In this document: piece by piece, positions 25,101 to 29,078 of the stretch
How the letters are laid out: every line of letters begins with the position of its first letter
Position numbering within the stretch: position 1 is the stretch's first letter
Origin: Candidatus Woesearchaeota archaeon
GTDB taxonomy: Archaea; Nanobdellota; Nanobdellia; Pacearchaeales; GW2011-AR1
DNA length: 29,078 nt
Direction: 5' to 3'
NCBI GenBank assembly: GCA_964530955.1
Contig: CAZHCL010000012.1
Location: forward strand, 1-29,078
Translations under genes and position numbers: made by a program
The notes under the pieces: generated by a model
Databases searched by the model: none
Told to the model about the DNA's origin: nothing
Seen by the model: only the letters and a program-made list of their open reading frames with translations

Positions 25101-28100
25101 AGAATATTGAATTAAATATTCAGAGTGGCCAAGCTGCTGGCGCTTCAGACACCATTAAGGCAAATAGTAACTCTGCTCTTAGGACAGTTTACCAGCAGAT
25201 TGGAGATAACAAGAATATTTACAATCAGGTTTTGGATTCTCAGAAACTAGCTAAGTTTGGAATTCCTGATGATTCAAGCACAGTTCTTTCAGCGCCGGGC
25301 CAGCAGACGGTTTATAAGAATGTAGTTCCAATTTCAAGTGTCAGCGGGATTACCGGATTTAATTTCAATTCTAATACTGTGGCTGTTACAAAATTTGTTG
25401 TTCCAAGCACAACGACAAGTGTGCAAGGTTCATCTGGCCCAGCAGGGAGAAATAATAACGCAGCAATTCCGGGAGGGACTTATGTTGCTGGATTGGCAAA
25501 GAGCTCCGGTCAAAATGCTTATACTATTAATGAATTATATTTAGTTGACACTTCTTCCGCTACTGCTCAGACATCTTATTCATCTTCGGGGCAAACTACT
25601 CAAATAAACACTCCTGCTTTCATAGGACAGTTTAGCGATGCATTTAAGATAAAGAACATTGTTTCACAGGATCAGATATCCTATGCGAATAATTATATTA
25701 ATCCGCAGATAAAATATTTTGAGACTGAGCCTTACAAAGGAATGCCTGCGATTGTTCCTTTCGACATTCAGAATGGATGGTATGCTGCGACTAAACAGAC
25801 TTTGCCAGCATTTGGAGGACAGGGAGCATTCGATGCTTCTGGGAAAGTTTCAAGTTTCTGGCTTTGCAATGTAGGACCTAATCATGTTAATAATTTTGAG
25901 GAAGGACTTGGAGATGATATTTGCGAGCAGATGAATATGAATACTGGTCAGGCTACAAATCAATTCCCTGGTTTGAGTGCTTCGCAAGCTCAGACTCTGG
26001 CTACAAAAGCGATAAAGGCATTAAATGATGCTTCTAATCAATATGGAAGTGGCAAAGGACCTGTTAAAATAACTGGTGTGGATGTCCCTGTTCAGAGGGG
26101 GAGTCCTGCTTTGAATATTCCTTCTGCCCAGTGTCAGGATTTCATGAGTCCAAGTGATTGCAATTTATTATTTAATGTCTGTGATCCAGTAATATGCCCA
26201 AGTTCAAGATGTGATTTGGGAGGAGCATATCCTGTTGCTAATGTTGTTCAGACGGGAATAATTGGAAGTGTAGCTTTATGCTTACCAAACTTTGGAAATC
26301 CTTCAAAGGGAGGAGTAGCTATTCCAGTTTGCCTTACTGGAATAAATGCTGGACTTGATAGTTATATTTCTGTTTTGAAGGCGGGAAGAGATTGTTTGCA
26401 AAATAGTCTTGATACTGGAAGCATGGTTGGAATTTGCAATGAATTGACTTCTATTTATACGTGCGAATTTTTCTGGAGTCAGGTTGCTCCATTTGCTAAT
26501 TTGCTTCTTCCTAAGATTATTGAATTGGCTTATACTGGAGGACAACCAAGAGGCGGAGGAGAATATATGACTGTGATTGGTGCTTGGCAAAATACAAAAA
26601 ATGCAATTGACTATTTCACTAATATGTATGCAGTAAATTCATTGACTTCATTTAAAGCAAGGTCGATAGAAGAGGCTGGTTCAACTTTCTGTAAGGCTTT
26701 TGTTTCTGCAAGTGCGCCTACCTCGATAAAAACACTGATAGAACCTGATAGTCCTCCACAGTTTAGTGCGTGGTTTAGCTCAACTCCTTACACTACTGTG
26801 ACTTTGCCTGCAACTTCACAGTATAAAGTATATTATCACATATTTGGAGGAAAGGATTCGGGAGTTTATTATAATGTTTATCTTAAGAGCAGTGCAAATA
26901 CTGGATATTATTATTCATCTCCTATACTCACTGTTGCTTCGGGATTCATAAACAGAGGGAATTATGCTGACCAGACAAAGGACTTTACTGCTCCTACAGG
27001 ATATCAGGAGCTTTGCGTCGACATAAATGGACAATCTCAATGCGGATTCAAAGAAGTTTCAACTTCATTTGCTGTAAATTATCTTTCTGATTCCTATGCA
27101 CAGAGTCAGATTAATCAGACAAATATAAATTCTGAAAGCGGTTGTGTCAGTGGAAGTGCGAATGCTGCAGGATTACTTACTAGCCCTAATCCTCAATCAG
27201 CTATACAGAATTCTTTGTTGCCTCAGGATTACAATACTGGAATTACAAGAATATGTGCTACAAGCAATCCGGGAAGTTCAACTGATCCTACAAGATATGT
27301 TGCTGTTGGAAACTGTGGAGATTCAAAAGTGATTTGCTGGCTTGATAAAAATAGCGCCAACAATGCCATAAGTCAGGCAGATGTCGGAATTAAAAATGCA
27401 ACTTTAAGTGATTTGCAGGCGATACAACAGCAGGCATTGGCACAGCAGCCGGGAATGCTTGCTAATCCTCAGGCAAGCATTGATCAGGTTAAACAGGATG
27501 TTGATACAATTGTAAACACTTATTCAACTGATACTTTGCAGAATACTCTTTCAAAGGTTACTAATGAGCTTGCTCAGATTGACAATATTTTTGGTCCTAA
27601 TTTACAAAATATTATTTTGAATTCAGATAAGGCACAGGTTCTTTACTTGAAAGCTAGATTGAAAGGTGTTCTTGCGCAGGCTTATTATAATTCTCTTCCA
27701 CAAGGGTCTGGTAATTCTGGGACCACTTCAACAAATACTAATGGTGCGGCTGGAAATTCTCAGGCAACGGGTCAGCAGAACACACAGTCTCAAATAAGTC
27801 CTCTTTACTCATTTACGCAAAGTCCGTTTGCAACAATTTACTTTAGGGATGATGGAACTGGAAATAGTTGGCAGTTTTCTATAGATAATCAGGTTACATG
27901 GACTTCTGTATCATCAACAAGCATTCCAAGTAGTATATCTAGCAGTTATTCGCAATTAATAATTGATTTAAGGAGTAAAAATTATAATGACGGAGTTTCT
28001 TATCTTCTTAACAATGGTGTGACTACTGTGCAGACTACTACAAATTCGAATACGCAGCAGACATCTTCTTCAGGAACTGGAGTAAATGGTGTTGCAATAG

Positions 28101-28111
28101 GGGCTAAATAA
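22133..28111 (+). CDS. Giant secreted Cys-rich protein, 1992 aa
   Basis: Uninterrupted 6-kb ORF starting 1 nt after the upstream stop. Signal peptide MKQTRKLFGMLLLFLAGAVLFTSNVLS, about 30 Cys, S/N/G/Q/T-rich, internal repeats and no C-terminal anchor. Confidence 0.92.
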   Translation: MKQTRKLFGMLLLFLAGAVLFTSNVLSDTSFSGVSYGTNYVNPAGYQTAYQTYYSPQDISNYWPILDQQNNCQARQDLILQVPPGGCQPSVVTSDLLQSQNVPVFCQIDALKLNPLIDISSINSISFTQKYPAGVSGIGFHPANAALRTGDALLGSPVLNNIGYAVVILKQNPNQSSMPSLIVANLTGSITYDAGNALGIGSADFILSPMDDQTWASQKSRQSFWQGRYYVRLDSADPQNAQVSIYQGDNKITSTKVTAGKTSSQIYLPGFYCQASLQVEYDGFTTAENKARLEIDGDTLDVYAGSNILNGKCRVDSITIDNGLSIGSQVTYNPASGIIKATVTNVNSDGTYNIIDSNRKSYLNVKISQLNSDSAINGFGNVSISCGFSNKISLSREPLKSSSANSQQPSFATYILSNYYFRYNTVYSFWEWSNDQVNWNSVSSETISVPSTINNVVSQLQSTDGVTGGTAVVKAGGKLVTTKQTLQDKVQSDVNAENAVNDAIKSYQAIADQYPQEKQSADLASTIPTYGETALGAAVDLADKYQKFATEASLINKFIQLYPNSALINSYNLRLQGFYSVDSSQASNLVYIDNKYRSIKLVDLESPAKKAGAYLVIGNNPNSVLLEKGNSLDLSASAASAGKAAIPAGTITLTSLTADTAVISAVCAQTVNAQKVQSGGSASTYTFRLGQTQAPGQQVQTTQTICGQPIKLDRIDMEQLAIIKLLPNANNVQSQVNVSIGIGIEKSAIQLSPDKTKEMIATINQSIQKWQSINNNIGNLVSGLKAACFATSAVLTAKSFINGVNGEGIARQMVMTGDNGWNVKCQQMVAAGQYKSVNECYSSNSANIDSDVAVRTAAINKINTDMEQIGSCKAQNTGVLNSLFGSANMIDRNKCATDYYNYVKSTYGGNTVNLAGAKISPGDIIYYQGQKITVSSANVNPDGTYNIVGSDKKAYSNVKGSDLTTTVNDMLTFKQGADYNSGAYTLDELKNIELNIQSGQAAGASDTIKANSNSALRTVYQQIGDNKNIYNQVLDSQKLAKFGIPDDSSTVLSAPGQQTVYKNVVPISSVSGITGFNFNSNTVAVTKFVVPSTTTSVQGSSGPAGRNNNAAIPGGTYVAGLAKSSGQNAYTINELYLVDTSSATAQTSYSSSGQTTQINTPAFIGQFSDAFKIKNIVSQDQISYANNYINPQIKYFETEPYKGMPAIVPFDIQNGWYAATKQTLPAFGGQGAFDASGKVSSFWLCNVGPNHVNNFEEGLGDDICEQMNMNTGQATNQFPGLSASQAQTLATKAIKALNDASNQYGSGKGPVKITGVDVPVQRGSPALNIPSAQCQDFMSPSDCNLLFNVCDPVICPSSRCDLGGAYPVANVVQTGIIGSVALCLPNFGNPSKGGVAIPVCLTGINAGLDSYISVLKAGRDCLQNSLDTGSMVGICNELTSIYTCEFFWSQVAPFANLLLPKIIELAYTGGQPRGGGEYMTVIGAWQNTKNAIDYFTNMYAVNSLTSFKARSIEEAGSTFCKAFVSASAPTSIKTLIEPDSPPQFSAWFSSTPYTTVTLPATSQYKVYYHIFGGKDSGVYYNVYLKSSANTGYYYSSPILTVASGFINRGNYADQTKDFTAPTGYQELCVDINGQSQCGFKEVSTSFAVNYLSDSYAQSQINQTNINSESGCVSGSANAAGLLTSPNPQSAIQNSLLPQDYNTGITRICATSNPGSSTDPTRYVAVGNCGDSKVICWLDKNSANNAISQADVGIKNATLSDLQAIQQQALAQQPGMLANPQASIDQVKQDVDTIVNTYSTDTLQNTLSKVTNELAQIDNIFGPNLQNIILNSDKAQVLYLKARLKGVLAQAYYNSLPQGSGNSGTTSTNTNGAAGNSQATGQQNTQSQISPLYSFTQSPFATIYFRDDGTGNSWQFSIDNQVTWTSVSSTSIPSSISSSYSQLIIDLRSKNYNDGVSYLLNNGVTTVQTTTNSNTQQTSSSGTGVNGVAIGAK

Positions 28112-28147
28112 AAACGAAAAATGATTTTATCCTAAGAAGATTAGTTT

Positions 28148-28942
28148 TTAGTGGGAAACTGTGCCATTTACTGCTCTAACGGGAGCGTTTGTTGGATTAA
28201 CTTTTGGCTTTCTTGCTTCCAAATCTCCAAGAGTTGTCTTTCCAAATCTGTAAATAGGGCCATTCACTTGTAGGCTTGTCTGCCCACCGAAGAAGTTATA
28301 CTGTCTAGTATCTATTCTCTGCGCCAAGAAACCTGTCTCGCTTGGTGAACCGAAAGACAATTTGTCCTGAGGCAACGCATAATCTGCTCCATTTATTCTG
28401 TAAGTATTCAAAAAGTGGTCTTGGACTATGCTTGTTTTCTTACCAACTGAATTATAAGAACCTGAGCTGAGTCTTCTCGCTCCTATTCCGTCTGTTCCGT
28501 CGTTATCATAGAAAACAGAGGACTTGTTTGTAAGAACGTTTCCAACATAAGCTGTTGATTCAGGGGCAAATACTGCAGTTCCGTTTGTTTGAAGCAAGAC
28601 TGAAGCTCTTTCTTCAGGAACTAATACGAATGCAGATTCTGAATCTAGACCATTTGTATTAACAATTGTGAAGAATTTTTCATTGTCTCTGACGATGAAT
28701 GGGGCAACGACCTCATTTGTTCTTTGGTCTGCAATGAATTCAAGAGAAGTTGTTCCATTCTGGGAAATTGATGAATAGGTGTTTCTGTTTGTCGAACTGG
28801 AGACTGTGTAAGGGTCAGGCTGCTGTGCAATAACTCTTGATTTTGGAGAATTATTAAAGTGAGGAATGTAATGACTTACTGTTGAGCATCCTGCTGACAA
28901 AGCTAACAAACCTGCTAATCCAAGTGAACCTAAGTTTTTCAT
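28148..28942 (-). CDS. Putative lipoprotein (264 aa)
   Basis: MKNLGSLGLAGLLALSAG-C lipobox. The ORF-track start at 29053 lies inside the tRNA and is rejected. Confidence 0.8.
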   Translation of the reverse strand: MKNLGSLGLAGLLALSAGCSTVSHYIPHFNNSPKSRVIAQQPDPYTVSSSTNRNTYSSISQNGTTSLEFIADQRTNEVVAPFIVRDNEKFFTIVNTNGLDSESAFVLVPEERASVLLQTNGTAVFAPESTAYVGNVLTNKSSVFYDNDGTDGIGARRLSSGSYNSVGKKTSIVQDHFLNTYRINGADYALPQDKLSFGSPSETGFLAQRIDTRQYNFFGGQTSLQVNGPIYRFGKTTLGDLEARKPKVNPTNAPVRAVNGTVSH

Positions 28943-29024
28943 GATAGGATATTGATTTGTTCTAGCTTTATAAATCTTTCTTTTTGTAGTAACTTGAGAG
29001 TTAATATTAATTTGCTTAGAAATA

Positions 29025-29078
29025 TGCGGGGAACAGGATTCGAACCTGCGCAAGCACTAAGCTACGACGGCCTTAACG
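29025..29078 (-). tRNA. tRNA-Leu, partial (5' part outside the window); anticodon AAG if intronless
   Basis: Reverse complement: T arm GCAGG-TTCGAAT-CCTGT, 3' acceptor TCCCCGC plus A73, and a long variable arm AGC-TTAGT-GCT. A type II tRNA with A73 indicates Leu. Confidence 0.85.

Noticed and set aside
28943-29053. ORF-track extension of the lipoprotein
   Set aside because: Overlaps the tRNA-Leu gene; the lipobox signal begins at 28942.
1-29078. CRISPR array, IS element, integrase, prophage or diversity-generating retroelement
   Set aside because: No regularly spaced repeats, transposase/integrase/reverse transcriptase motifs, duplicated tRNA 3' ends or TR/VR-like near-identical pairs were seen. 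The giant-gene repeats differ at many non-adenine positions.

Overview
AT-rich, gene-dense archaeal DNA, most consistent with a DPANN (Pacearchaeota/Woesearchaeota-like) genome. The evidence is archaeal RadA, eIF2-alpha, eS27, eL42, eS1, Nop10, Bud32, SRP54/FtsY, GINS, a BHB-intron tRNA and BRE/TATA promoters; the finer taxonomy is inference. Positions 1-18.9 kb hold core information-processing genes interleaved with accessory genes: TrmB, NT5C, HD, NUDIX, a methyltransferase, ORFans, an HTH-MNT/HEPN pair with a palindromic operator, and an exonuclease III pseudogene. Positions 19.1-28.9 kb hold a cell-surface locus: a heavily N-glycosylatable secreted protein, a membrane-anchored Ig-like protein, a 616-aa class III signal peptide (KRGQ) protein coupled to a 1992-aa Cys-rich secreted protein with internal repeats, and a convergent lipoprotein. 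There are five tRNA genes: Arg-GCG, Gln-TTG, Thr-TGT with an intron, Val-GAC, and a truncated Leu that may read AAG. The most notable observations are the giant surface-protein locus, an apparent inversion that swapped partners between two conserved ribosomal operons, the possible A34 tRNA-Leu, and several enzymes with altered catalytic residues. No CRISPR array, integrase or transposase was seen. All family calls come from motif recognition by eye; no database searches were run.
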